From Octopus vulgaris (Eukaryota), in NCBI GenBank assembly GCA_951406725.2, contig OX597840.1:4712001-4776000 (forward strand): DNA of 64,000 nt, given 5' to 3'. A program made the translations under genes and the position numbers. Every line of letters starts with the position of its first letter. Position 1 is the stretch's first letter. This document shows positions 1 to 13,132 of the stretch, one piece after another. The notes under the pieces were generated by a model. That model ran no database searches. It saw nothing but the letters and a program-made list of their open reading frames with translations, and was not told where the DNA came from.

Positions 1-35
1 AACAAACAACGGTAACAGGGTGTGATGACCATCCT

Positions 36-650
36 GTGAATGTATCACTACAACAACAACCATCACCACCACTACTACCACCACCGTTACACCATCACTG
101 CAACCATCACCACCAGCATCGTCATAACCACCACCTTTACGACTACCTCTACAACCATCAGCTCCAGAACCACCACCTCCACACCACCATCGCCACCACC
201 ACCACCACCGCCATCACCACCATCACCACCACCACCACTACAACCAGCACCAGCACCAGCACCAGCACCAGCACCAGCACCACCTCCACACCAGCACCAG
301 CACCACCTCCACCCCCCACTACGACCCCCCACCAACACCACCACCACAACCAAAACAACCACCACCACCACTACCTCCGCACCCCACAACCAACACCACC
401 ACAACCACCACTACCACCACCACCACCACCACCACCACTACAACCACTACCACCACCACCACCACCACCACCACCACCACCAGCATCACCAGCACCTCCA
501 CACCACCACCACCACCACCACCACCACCTCCACACCACCAAAACCATCACCACCACCACATCGTCCCCACAAACACCACCATCATCATCACTGCCACCAT
601 TATCGTCCTCATCACCGCCAATACCCCCACCACCATCACCACCACCCACC
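36..650. repeat. Degenerate (CAC)n low-complexity block
   Basis: CCA/CAC trinucleotide runs. Confidence 0.9.
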
Positions 651-1337
651 AAATTTTATCCAATTATAGTAGGAGCCAGCGAAACACGCTCTTCCACACC
701 AACCTGCTTTTCTTACCCGAGGAACATCACGTAAAGAGTTCGGTAGTTAAGCTACCCCTTCCACACCCGGGACCAGAATAATTGCTCGAAATAGGCACGA
801 AATGATACAAAATAGATTTATGCAAATAATACTGTAGCAAAATGTGCCAATATGACGCGCACACACTCACACGCACGCACATACACACACACTCACACAT
901 ACACACACACACACATACACACACATACACACACACATACACACACATACACGCATACATACACACACACATACACACACACGTACACACACAAACATAC
1001 ACACACACACACACATATATACATATATACGACGGGCTCCTATATATATGTGTGTGTGTGTCCGTGTGTGTGGGTGTGTGTGTTTCTCTCGCTGCCACCG
1101 CTTGACAAACGGTGCTGGTGTGTTTACGACCCTGTAACTTAGCGGTTCGGCACAAGAAATCGATTTATTCGACTAAAAATCTAAGGTGGTGCCCCAGCAT
1201 GACTGCAGTCTAATAACTGGAAGAAGATGGCAGAAACCAATATAAATACATACATAGACACACATATCCAGCTGTCTCTCTATGTGCCTCTCTGGCTAAC
1301 CTCTTGGAAGTTTGTTTATCTATCTGTCTGTCTGTCT

Positions 1338-1564
1338 ATACTCTCTTTTACTCATTTACTTGTTTCAGTCATTTGACTGCGGCCATGCTGGAGCACCGCC
1401 TTTAATCGAGCAACTCGACCCCGGGACTTATTCTTTTTTTTTTGTAAGCCCAGTACTTATTCTATCGGTCACTTTGGCCGAACCGCTAAGTCACGGGGAC
1501 ACAAACACACCAGCATCGGTTGTCAAGCAATGCTAGGGGGACAAACAAAGACACACAAACATAT

Positions 1565-1595
<31 letters not shown>

Positions 1596-1744
1596 CGACA
1601 TATATACGACTACTATAATTGGATAAATTTGGTGGGTGGTGATGATGGGGGGGTGTATTGGCGGTGATGAGGACGATAATGGTTGTAGTGATGATGATGA
1701 TGGTGTTTGTGGGGACGTCGTATATATGTCGTATATATATATAC

Positions 1745-1809
<65 letters not shown>

Positions 1810-2016
1810 GACATATATATATATATACGTATATATATATACGACATATATACGACGGGCTTCTTTCAGTTTCCGTCTACCAAATCCACTCACAAGGCTT
1901 TGGTCGGCCCGAGGCTATAGTAGAAGACACTTGCCCAAGGTGCCACGCAGTGGGACTGAACCCGGAACCATGTGGTTGGTAAACAAGCTACTTACCACAC
2001 AGCCACTCCTGCGCCT
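1338..2016 (-). mobile_element. tRNA-derived SINE family A (central CA/TA microsatellite, LINE-like tail)
   Basis: Head aggcgcaggagtggctgtgtggt...ggttcagtcc carries A/B boxes; the tail ends in (aaaagagt)n. Other copies or fragments: 3420-3797+, 4178-4303-, 5058-5503-, 6516-6850-, 21425-22131-, 24385-24540-, 42330-42485+, 62785-63160-. Confidence 0.9.
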
Positions 2017-2161
2017 ATCTGGCTAACCTCTTGTAAGTTTGTTTATCTATCTGTCTATCTGTCTGTCTGTCTGTCTGACTGCATTCTTCGTCTCTCTCTC
2101 TCTCTCTTCCCCTCTCTCTCTCACTCACTCACTCAGTCACTTTCTTTCTCTCTCTGTTTAG

Positions 2162-2467
2162 CTACCTTTAATCTATCACTAGGCTTCACAACAAACACCG
2201 TCTCTTTGGGAAAGTTTGCCGAATGCGGTGGCGGCGGCGACGCAGGCAACGACGACGCTGACGGCGGTGACCGTGTCGTCGGCGGAAGGACCTGGTTGAC
2301 AATTAGCGGCTTTGGTGGCACCAGCGGCACTGTTAGCGGCGGCGGCGGCGGCGGCGCGAGAGAACCATATAACCGTGGGAACAGAGGCAGCCTTGGCAAG
2401 ATCAGCAATATAGGGAATGAGTTGGTCATTCGAACGAAACGACGGTGTGCCGACGACAACAAAACTC
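2162..2467 (+). CDS. Candidate internal coding exon (phase 1-1), Gly-rich, with RTKR furin-like site; possibly an N-terminal exon of the HGSNAT-like gene
   Basis: A long CT tract and tttag acceptor end at 2161, and a gtaagt donor starts at 2468. The GC/CpG-rich 306-nt open frame reads xTFNLSLGFTTN...NELVIRTKRRCADDNKT. The phase-1 end fits the phase-1 acceptor at 20656. Confidence 0.55.
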
Positions 2468-2846
2468 GTAAGTAGAATGAGCACAACAAAAGCAAAGAGT
2501 AGAATAATAAATAAATAGATACCGACTGACCTTTGGTCAGTTAGAAGCACGGACACCGGCACCTTTTTAGTTAGTTTAAGACTTGTCTATTGTTCTCGTG
2601 TGTTTTTGTAGCGCCGTTGCATGGACACGTTTCACGTTGTTTATTAGTCACCGGTTTCTTGTTAGGAACCGAAACCGTTTTGTCGCCGTCGTCGCTTCCT
2701 CACACCGCGCACTGAGTCACGTCATTGCCACTACGTCACGTCTCTCCCCCCCGCCACTGCGTCATACCACCGCAACTGCCTCACGTTTCCGCCACTACGT
2801 CACGTCATACAGACGTAGCAAAACTGCAACGTCGTCGTATAAGTGA

Positions 2847-3140
2847 CATAACATCATCCCGTTACCACTATGACGTTATCACGTTGTGACATCACTATGT
2901 CATAAAAATTATGACGCTCACAAACATCCACCTCATTACCACGTTGTAACGTCACAACGTTATGACGTCATCACATTGTAAAAACGTCTCATCACATAAC
3001 GTCATCCCGTTACCGCTATGACGTTACCACGTTGTGACATCACCATGTCTTAAAATAATGACGCTCACAAACATCCACCTCATTACCACGTTGTAACGTC
3101 ACAACCTTATGACGTCATCACATTGTAAAAACGTCTCATC
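2847..3140. repeat. Tandem duplication, about 146 bp x2, ACGT-rich
   Basis: acataac(a/g)tcatcccgttacc...aaaacgtctcatc occurs twice. Confidence 0.85.
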
Positions 3141-4303
3141 ATCGTTCAGTGACCATCACTCTGTAACATTACTACATTACTGCATTATGACCTCCAAACA
3201 CATTACTCCATAATCACATAGCAACGAGCCAACGAAAGAGTCTCAACAGGACACCTTGCCCAGCTAAAAATAGCAGCCAAATTTCAGGCAATTTCATCTT
3301 AATTTCTGAAGAAATTGAAGGATGCATTTGTGAATGTTTGCGATGTACAGAGAAAGAACGTAAGGAATGGCATGGTTGGAGTGTCTTTCAGTATAGTGGT
3401 TCGTCATAAATTTTTTTGTTGAGCTTGTTTACCAACCACATGGTTCCGGGTTCAGTCCCACTGCGTGGCACCTTGGGCAAGTGTCTTCTACTATAGCCTC
3501 GGGCCGACCAATGCCTTGTCAGTGGATTTGGTAGACGGAAACTGAAAGAAGCCTGTCGTATATATGTGTATATATATGTATGTGTGTGTATGTTTGTGTG
3601 TCTGTGTTTGTCCCCCTAGCATTGCTTGACAACCGATGCTGGTGTGTTTACGTCCCCGTCACTTAGCGGTTCGGCAAAAGAGACCGATAGAATAAGTACT
3701 GGGCTTACATAGAATAAGTTCCGGGGTCGAGTTGCTCGATTAAAGGCGGTGCTCCAGCATGGCCGCAGTCAAATGACTGAAACAAGTAAAAGAGTAAATA
3801 TACAATAGGCTGCGTGTGAGGGCAAGAATGACTATAATAATTTATATTTGAGTTTCAATATATTTTCATTAACCCGCATCGTTTATACTTATTCGGGTCT
3901 TCTAAAGCACTTCGCTCCCTATCGACCCCAGCACATCGATGACTTTTCTTCACTGTTTACGACCCTCAGCTGCCTCTTCTGCTTCTCTTTAGCTGGATCC
4001 CTGTCTATTCAGCACTGTCTCTGTATCCTGGCTCTAGATATTTTAGGGCATCTTCTCTTCTACCTCCCTTGTGTGTGCAAAGTCGATGCCTTACAAGTAA
4101 TATAGGATGTTAGTGGCCTATCCTCTACATGTTAAAGTTAGTACCTTTTTTGTCGAAAACTTCATAAGCGTGTCATTTACAAGGCTTTGGTCGGCCCGAG
4201 GCTATAGTAGAAGACACTTACCCAAGGTGCCACGCAGTGGGACTGAACCCGGAACCATGTGGTTGGTAAACAAGCTACTTACCACACAGCCACTCCTGCG
4301 CCT

Positions 4304-5300
4304 ATGTTAATATTTTATACATTGTTGGTAGACAGGTGATTGGTCTATAATAGTTCTTTGGGTTTTCTGTATCACTTGTTTCTGTTATTAGGTATGTCAC
4401 TCCGTGTCAACCATTCTCGGCTATTTTCTGGGGTTTTCATGACTTCGTTGTATACTGATGACATGTGGAGACGCAATGGCCCAGTGGTTAGGGCAGCGGA
4501 CTCGCGGTCATAGGATCGCGGTTTCGATTCCCAGACCGGGCGTTGTGAGTGTTTATTGAGCGAAAACACCTAAAAAGGCTCAACGAGGCTCCGGCAGGGG
4601 ATGGTGGTGATCCCTGCTGTACTCTTTCACCACAACTTTCCCTCACTCTTACTTCCTGTTTCTGTTGTACCTGTATTTCAAGGGGCCGGCCTTGTCACTC
4701 TCTGTGTCACGCTGAATATCCCCGAGAACTACGTTAAGGGTACACGTGTCTGTGGAGTGCTCAGCCACTTACACGTTAATTTCACGAGCAGGCTGTTCCG
4801 TTGATTCGGATCAACCGGAACCCTCATCGTCGTAACCGACGGAGTGCTTCCAACCAACTGATGACATATCATCCTGTATATCAACTGACTGTTTGATCCA
4901 TAAGTTTGGTACTCGATCTATTCTCGCTGACTTCCAATTGCTGGCTTTTTTCAGGGCCAGGGTGATCCCTTCTTTTTGAATATCTTCCCATTCATGTACT
5001 TCTTTATTTTCCAGGAGTGTTTCTTGTCCCTTAATCCATTCTGCATCTTCATTATGTTACTCTTTACTCTTTTACTCTTTTACTTGTTTCAGTCATTTGA
5101 CTGCGGCCGTGCTGGAGCACCGCCTTTAGTCAAGCAAATCGACCCCGGGACTTATTCTTTGTAAGCCTAGTACTTATCCTATCGGTCTCTTTTGCCGAAC
5201 CGCTAATTGACGGGGACATAAACACACCAGCATCGGTTGTCAAGCAATGCTAAGGGGACAAACACAGACACACAAACACACACACACACACACACACACT

Positions 5301-5332
<32 letters not shown>

Positions 5333-7100
5333 CATATATACGACAGGCTTCTTTCAGTTTCCGTCTACCAAATCCACTCACAAGGCATTGGTCGGCCCGG
5401 GGCTATAGCAGAAGACACTTGCCCAAGATGCCACGCAGTGGGACTGAACCCGGAACCATGTGGTTGGTTAGCAAGCTACTTACCATACAGCCACTCCTGC
5501 GCCTATGTCGTTTTTCATTTTCCCATATCGTACTCCAGAAATTTTCCATATCCTCTTTCTTTAGCGATTGCTCAACATTTATTTGTTGCTTACCGAGTTC
5601 CCTGTAAAATTTCTTTTCATCTTCTTTAAATAATTTGTTTTGTCTAAATTGTTTGCTTCTCTTTATATATCGTGATAGTCATTGTGCCTTTGCTTGGATT
5701 TTTTGCTTTAGATTTTCTTTTGCTTCAGGTATTTCATTTTTTTTTGTTTGATCCTATGCTTTTTGCATATTTTCTTGGCTTTTCTTTGGTTGACCTGGTT
5801 TCCGTTACTTATTTCGGTCAGTATTGATAGGCCGCCTCTCATCCATTGTATATCCTTTTCTAAGTTTTCTTTCCATTTTGATTGGTCGTCGCTCCTTTCT
5901 GCCAACGGTTAGCTCCCCGTTTGCCGGTGCAAGATCGACTCTACACGGCTGGCGCGTCCTCGAATCTCTGCCGCCACACCGCCCGCCTTTCAGACGCAGC
6001 GTTCGCTCACCCCTTGACGCCCGCGTTTGCCCGCTTTAGCCCGCTTTAGCCCGCTTTAGCCCGCCTTCGCCCGCCTCTTGACGCCCGCCTTCGCCCGCCT
6101 CTTGACGCCCGCCTTCGCCCGCCTCTTGACGCCCGCCTTTCAACGCTCGTAGGTTCGTCCTCTCGCAGTCGAACACCCTTTTTTAAAAATTATTATTGTT
6201 ATTATTTTTATTATTTTTATTATTTTATCTAGTTTCAGCTCACGAGCTGTGGCCATGCTGGGGCACCGCCATGTTGAGCAGTTTTCTTTTTTAGTTTTGT
6301 GCCTTTTGGTTCAGTAATAGCTTCAGCTGTAGCATAGACCAGTTGGTTTACCGATGTTATATTTAGTGGTCCTCTTGTTATTGATTTTATCTCATCTATT
6401 ACATTATTGCCAATTTTAATCAACTCCTTCAAGTTCTTATCCATACTGACTTTTATTAGGGGTTCCCTGTCTGTGGTGTCTTGTGCTTTTACCTGTTCCC
6501 ATTTTCTCTTTTATAGACCCCGGGACTTATTCTTTGTAAGCCCAGTACTTATTCTATCAGTCTGTTTTGCCGAACCGCTAAGTGACGGGGCCGTAAACAC
6601 ACCAGCATCGGTTGTCAAGCAATGCTAGGGGGACAAACACAGACACACAAACACACACACACACATATATATATATATACATATATACGATAGGCTTCTT
6701 TCAGTTTCCGTCTACCAATTCCACTCAAAAGGCATTGGTCGGCCCGGGGCTATAGCAGAAGACACTTGCCCAAGATGCCACGCAGTAGGACTGAACCAGG
6801 AACCATGTGGCTGGTTAGCAAGCTACTTACCACACAGCCACTCCTGCGCTTCTTTTAGTTCCAAATATTTCTCCCTATCCATGTCACTGTTTCGTGCTGT
6901 TGGTTGTTTTACAGGTTCTTCTATCTCATTACCCACAGAGGGCTCCTCAAATACATCCTCTTCTTGGTTTTCTGTAGTCCTTATTTCTATTTCATTTGTA
7001 TTTGGTATTACACGCTGATATCTGTTGACTTTTTCGTTTATTTCTTCCTGCTCAGTGTCTGTGAGTCTCCAGTTTTTTAATGATATCTCTTCGGACATTC
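4304..7100 (-). mobile_element. Decayed R4/Dong-like non-LTR retrotransposon fragmented by SINE insertions
   Basis: NPKNYYRPITCLPTMYKILT at 4306-4390; KWKENLEKDIQWMR and VNQLVYATAEAITE in the intervening pieces. Confidence 0.65.
4466..4856 (+). mobile_element. tRNA-derived SINE family B
   Basis: A box tggcccagtgg, B-box-like gtttcgattcc, TSD actgatgacat. Other copies at 17500-17878+ (TSD atcttgatatcc) and 23645-23915-. Confidence 0.88.
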
Positions 7101-7361
7101 TATAACTTGTTATGATCCATATTTAAGCTTGAAGTTGGATTTTGCTGTCTCCATAATTGATAAGTTTTTCCTTGGGGCTGGCCAGAGTGGAGCAATCTCA
7201 AGAATAATCAGCCGAAATTGCGAGGATAATCTGGTGCTTGACTGAGGAAAGAAAATTTCGAATGACCCATCCTTGTTTTCTTTGTATCGTCTATCTGGAT
7301 GTTTTGTTGTCCCTTTTTGTATCACCTAGCTGTCCGGATGCTTTGCGTTCTTGCCCCATTT

Positions 7362-7449
<88 letters not shown>

Positions 7450-7726
7450 TGAAATAAAACATATGCATATATATAAACATATATGTACGTACCTACCTCT
7501 ACATGTATATATACACGCATATATGAGTACAGGACACCAAAGGGACGTCGAACACAAAGAGAAACGAAAACATAGACACAAACCAAAGGAACTGGACATT
7601 TTTTTTAAAAACAACAAAAAATGGAGTACAGGACAATTAACATATATATATATAGCGGCATTCGTACACTTTTGTCTCTTATATGTATGTACACATTTTT
7701 CTAAGATATATATATATGTATATATG

Positions 7727-7791
<65 letters not shown>

Positions 7792-8057
7792 ATATATATT
7801 TAACGTGGAAAATTATTTGAATATACCAAATTTGAAAATTTTGACGTAATTTTAAAATCTCCCATGTGACATGGTAGATGATGTACAACCGATAGTGTTT
7901 CTGTTTGTGGTGATGGTGCTAGCTGCTCTTGTGGTGGTATGACAGCGGCGGCTGTAGTAATGTTGAGGTGGCTAGGGTAACGATAGCGGTAGAAGTGGTT
8001 GTGATGGTGGTAGTGGTAGTGGTGGTTGTGATGTGGTATAGTTGTAGAGCTGGTTAT

Positions 8058-9490
8058 GGCGGTGATAATTGTGGTAGCAGTGGTGGTAGTAGTAAAGGTG
8101 GTTATAGCGGTGATAATTGTGGTAGCGGTGGTAGTAGTAGTAAAGGTGGTTAAAGCGGTGATAATTGTGGTAGTAGTGGTGGTTGTAGTAAAGGTGGTTA
8201 TAGCGGTGATAATTGTGGTAGCGGTGGTAGTAGTAGTAAAGGTGGTTATAGCGGTGATAATTGTGGTAGCAGTGGTGGTAGTCGTAAAGGTGGTTATAGC
8301 GGTGATAATTGTGGTAGCAGTGGTGGTAGTAGTAAAGGTGGTTATAGCGGTGATAATTGTGGTAGCAGTGGTGGTAGTAGTAAAGGTGGTTATAGCGGTG
8401 ATAATTGTGGTAGCAGTGGTGGTAGTAGTAAAGGTGGTTATAGCGGTGATAATTGTGGTAGCAGTGGTGGTAGTAGTAAAGGTGGTCATAGCGGTGATAA
8501 TTGTGGTAGCAGTGGTGGTAGTAGTAAAGGTGGTTATAGCGGTGATAATTGTGGTAGCAGTGGTGGTAGTAGTAAAGGTGGTTATAGCGGTGATAATTGT
8601 GGTAGCAGTGGTGGTAGTCGTAAAGGTGGTTATAGCGGTGATAATTGTGGTAGCAGTGGTGGTAGTAGTAAAGGTGGTTATAGCGGTGATAATTGTGGTA
8701 GCAGTGGTGGTAGTAGTAAAGGTGGTTATAGCGGTGATAATTGTGGTAGCAGTGGTGGTAGTAGTAAAGGTGGTTATAGCGGTGATAATTGTGGTAGCAG
8801 TGGTGGTAGTAGTAAAGGTGGTTATAGCGGTGATAATTGTGGTAGCAGTGGTGGTAGTAGTAAAGGTGGTCATAGCGGTGATAATTGTGGTAGCAGTGGT
8901 GGTAGTAGTAAAGGTGGTTATAGCGGTGATAATTGTGGTAGCAGTGGTGGTAGTAGTAAAGGTGGTCATAGCGGTGATAATTGTGGTAGCAGTGATGGTA
9001 GTAGTAAAGGTGGTTATAGCGGTGATAATTGTGGTAGCAGTGGTGGTAGTAGTAAAGGTGGTCATAGCGGTGATAATTGTGGTAGCAGTGGTGGTAGTAG
9101 TAAAGGTGGTCATAGCGGTGATAATTGTGGTAGCAGTGGTGGTAGTAGTAAAGGTGGTTGTAGCGGTGATAATTGTGGTAGCAGTGGTGGTAGTAGTAAA
9201 GGTGGTCATAGCGGTGATAATTGTGGTAGCAGTGGTGGTAGTAGTAAAGGTGGTTATAGCGGTGATAATTGTGGTAGCAGTGGTGGTAGTAGTAAAGGTG
9301 GTCATAGCGGTGATAATTGTGGTAGCAGTGGTGGTAGTAGTAAAGGTGGTCATAGCGGTGATAATTGTGGTAGCAGTGGTGGTAGTAGTAAAGGTGGTCA
9401 TAGCGGTGATAATTGTGGTAGCAGTGGTGGTAGTAGTAAAGGTGGTCATAGCGGTGATAATTGTGGTAGCGGTGGTGGTAGTAGTAAAGG
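8058..9490. repeat. 48-bp minisatellite, about 30 copies
   Basis: Unit gcggtgataattgtggtagcagtggtggtagtagtaaaggtggttata, highly homogeneous. Confidence 0.95.
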
Positions 9491-9959
9491 TGTTTGTAAT
9501 GGCAGAGGTGGTAGTGGCGGCGGCTGTTGAAGTAGCGGTAGTGGTGTTGGTGGCGGTGGTGATGGTAGTAGTGGTAGTGGTAGTGATGGTTGTAATGGCG
9601 GTGGATGTAGCGGTGGTGGTTGGAGCAGTAAAGCAGGTTGTGTAGACGTTGGCGATGGTAGCGGTGGTGATGGCGGTATAGTGGTAGTGGTGTCGGCGAT
9701 GGTGGTGGTAGTAGTGATGGTGGTTGTGATGGATGTGGTGGCGGCGGAAGCAATAACAGTATAGGAGGTTGTAATAGCGATGATGGCGTTGATAGTGGTA
9801 GCAGCGGTGGTAGAGGTAGTAGTGGTGGTAGTAGCGGTAGAAGTAGGTTGTGGTGGTGTTGGCGTTGATGGTGGTGGTAGCATTGTTGCTGTTTATGTTG
9901 TTGCTCGGGGTAGTGATAACGGTGGTGGTAGTGGTGATGGTGATAGTACTGATAGTGGT

Positions 9960-11460
9960 GGTGGTGGTAAAAGAGACAGTGATGATGGTGTTGGTAGTGG
10001 TAGTGGTGGTGGTGGTGGTGGTAGAAGAAATAGTGATGATGGTGTTGGTAGTGGTAGTGGTGGTGGTGGTGGTAGAAGAAATAGTGATGATGGTGTTGGT
10101 AGTGGTAGTGGTGGTGGTGGTGGTGGTAAAAGAGACAGTGGTGATGGTGTTGGTAGTGGTAGTGGTGGTGGTGGTGGTGGTGGTGGTGGTAAAAGAGACA
10201 GTGATGATGGTGTTGGTAGTGGTAGTGGTGGTGGTGGTGGTGGTGGTGGTAGAAGAGACAGTGATGATGGTGTTGGTAGTGGTAGTGGTGGTGGTGGTGG
10301 TGGTAGAAGAGACAGTGATGATGGTGTTGGTAGTGGTAGTGGTGGTGGTGGTGGTGGTGGTGGTGGTGGTAAAAGAGACAGTGATGATGGTGTTGGTAGT
10401 GGTAGTGGTGGTGGTGGTGGTGGTAAAAGAGACAGTGATGATGGTGTTGGTAGTGGTAGTGGTGGTGGTGGTGGTGGTGGTGGTGGTAAAAGAGACAGCG
10501 ATGATGGTGTTGGTAGTGGTAGTGGTGGTGGTGGTGGTGGTAGAAGAGACAGTGATGATGGTGTTGGTAGTGGTAGTGGTGGTGGTGGTGGTGGTAGAAG
10601 AGACAGTGATGATGGTGTTGGTAGTGGTAGTGGTGGTGGTGGTGGTGGTGGTGGTAGAAGAGACAGTGATGATGGTGTTGGTAGTGGTAGTGGTAGTGGT
10701 GGTGGTGGTGGTGGTAAAAGAGACAGTGATGATGGTGTTGGTAGTGGTAGTGGTAGTGGTGGTGGTGGTGGTGGTAAAAGAGACAGCGATGATGGTGTTG
10801 GTAGTGGTAGTGGTGGTGGTGGTGGTGGTGGTGGTGGTAGAAGAGACAGTGATGATGGTGTTGGTAGTGGTAGTGGTGGTGGTGGTGGTAGAAGAGACAG
10901 TGATGATGGTGTTGGTAGTGGTAGTGGTGGTGGTGGTGGTAGAAGAAATAGTGATGATGGTGTTGGTAGTGGTAGTGGTGGTGGTGGTGGTAGAAGAAAT
11001 AGTGATGATGGTGTTGGTAGTGGTAGTGGTGGTGGTGGTGGTGGTGGTAAAAGAGACAGTGGTGATGGTGTTGGTAGTGGTAGTGGTGGTGGTGGTGGTG
11101 GTGGTGGTGGTAGAAGAGACAGTGATGATGGTGTTGGTAGTGGTAGTGGTGGTGGTGGTGGTGGTGGTGGTGGTAGAAGAGACAGTGATGATGGTGTTGG
11201 TAGTGGTAGTGGTGGTGGTGGTGGTGGTGGTGGTGGTGGTGGTAGAAGAGACAGTGATGATGGTGTTGGTAGTGGTAGTGGTGGTGGTGGTGGTGGTGGT
11301 GGTGGTATAAGAGACAGTGATGATGGTGTTGGTAGTGGTAGTGGTAGTGGTGGTGGTGGTGGTAAAAGAGACAGTGATGATGGTGTTGGTAGTGGTAGTG
11401 GTGGTGGTGGTGGTAGAAGAAACAGTGATGATGGTATTGGTAGTGGTAGCGGTGGTGGTG
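9960..11460. repeat. Compound minisatellite, 26 units of a fixed core plus variable (GGT)n
   Basis: Core a(a/g)aagagacagtgatgatggtgttggtagtggtagt. Confidence 0.95.
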
Positions 11461-11707
11461 TTGATTTTGAAGGTTGTAGCGTTTGGTTGTTATTCTAAAT
11501 ATTGATATTCTCCCGTCTTCTTTCTGCCGACATATTTGTTACACCCAAATAAATACGCCAAGATTTCTTTCTTAACTCTTTCTCTATCTGTTTGTCTGTT
11601 TGTCATTTTACCTGTCCGCCAGCTAGTCTGTCTGTCTGTCTTTTTTCCGTGTTCGTCTGTCTGTCTGTCTGTCTGTCTGTATGTATGTATGTATGTATGT
11701 ATGCATG

Positions 11708-11759
<52 letters not shown>

Positions 11760-11765
11760 CATCCA

Positions 11766-11845
<80 letters not shown>

Positions 11846-12217
11846 CATCCATCCATCCACCCACCCACCCATCCACCCACCCACCCATCCATCCATCTAT
11901 CTATCTATCTACTGTGGTCTTTCCGTAGGTTTTTCTTTCCACAGATAAACCTACCCATTTCTTGGGAACTTTTTGTCCAATTTCGACCTTTTTTGCATAT
12001 ATCCCCAACGATTTCGATCCAATTTTTTTACTCTGTTTTCGCCCCCCCCCCCTCGAAAAGAAAAGCCCTACATTGTAATTGTCCCCTCTATGTTTAGCCC
12101 TGTGTGGCCAATAAAGAAATTTATCTATCTATCTATCTGTTTGCCTGCTTGACTACCAGTCTGTCTTTCTTTTTAACTCTCCGCCATCCATTCTGTCTGT
12201 GTCTGTCTATCTGTCTA

Positions 12218-12267
<50 letters not shown>

Positions 12268-12534
12268 AGTCTGCCTGTCTGCCTCCATGTCTGTCTACCA
12301 TTTTGTCTTTTTATCTGTCCGCCTTCAGCTCTCTCTGTCTGTCTGTCTGTCTGTCTGACAACCAGTCTGTCTTGTGTCAGCCTGTTTGTCTTCTTTTTGT
12401 GTCTGTCTGTTCGTCTCTCTCTATATATGTATGTCTGTTTGTCCGTGACTATATCTATTTGCCTGTCTGTCAATATACGTATCCGTCTGTCTGCCGGCCT
12501 GCGTATATATTTATCTATCTGTCTGTGTATACCT

Positions 12535-13132
12535 TTTTCTTTACTACCCACAAGGGGCTAAACACAGAGAGGACAAACAAGGACAGACAAACTGATTAAG
12601 TCGATTATATCGACCCCAGTGCGTAACTGGTACTTATTTAATCGACCCCGAAAGGATGAAAGGCAAAGTTGACCTCGGCGGAATTTGAACTCAGAACGTA
12701 GGGCAGACGAAATACCTATTTCTTTACTACCCACAAGGGGCTAAACACAGAGGGGGACGAACAAGGACAGACAAACTGATTAAGTCGATTATATCGACCC
12801 CAGTGCGTAACTGGTACTTATTTAATCGACCCCGAAAGGATAAAAGGCAAAGTCGACCTTGGCGGAATTTGAACTCAGAACGTAACGGCAGACAAAATAC
12901 CTATTTCTTTATTACCCACAAGAGGCTAAACATAGAGGGGACAAACAAGGACAGACATAGGTATTAAGTCAATTACATCGACCCCAGTGCATAACTGGTA
13001 CTTAATTTATCGACCCCGAAAGGATGAAAGGCAAAGTCGACCTCGGCGGAATTTGAACTCAGAACGTAACGGCAGACAAAATACCGCTAAGCATTTCGCC
13101 CGGCATTCTAACGTTTCTGCCAGCTCGCCGCC
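12535..13132 (-). mobile_element. SINE family D as a head-to-tail trimer
   Basis: Three units of about 184 bp; only the last carries the ggcggcgagctggcagaa head. A monomer lies at 36798-37023 and a tail at 63945-64000. Confidence 0.85.

Noticed and set aside
36-734. Pro/His-rich protein ORFs
   Set aside because: They are a by-product of (CAC)n low complexity.
2133-2562. Minus-strand Pro- or Ala-rich ORFs
   Set aside because: They shadow the plus-strand exon, which has the proper splice signals.
4466-4540. tRNA genes at SINE heads
   Set aside because: They continue into SINE bodies with TSDs and have no intact cloverleaf or terminator.
7800-9753. Long Thr-, His/Tyr- or Val-rich ORFs (mucin or shell-protein-like)
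   Set aside because: Several frames are open simply because the unit is 48 bp, and I saw no credible splice signals or unique domains.
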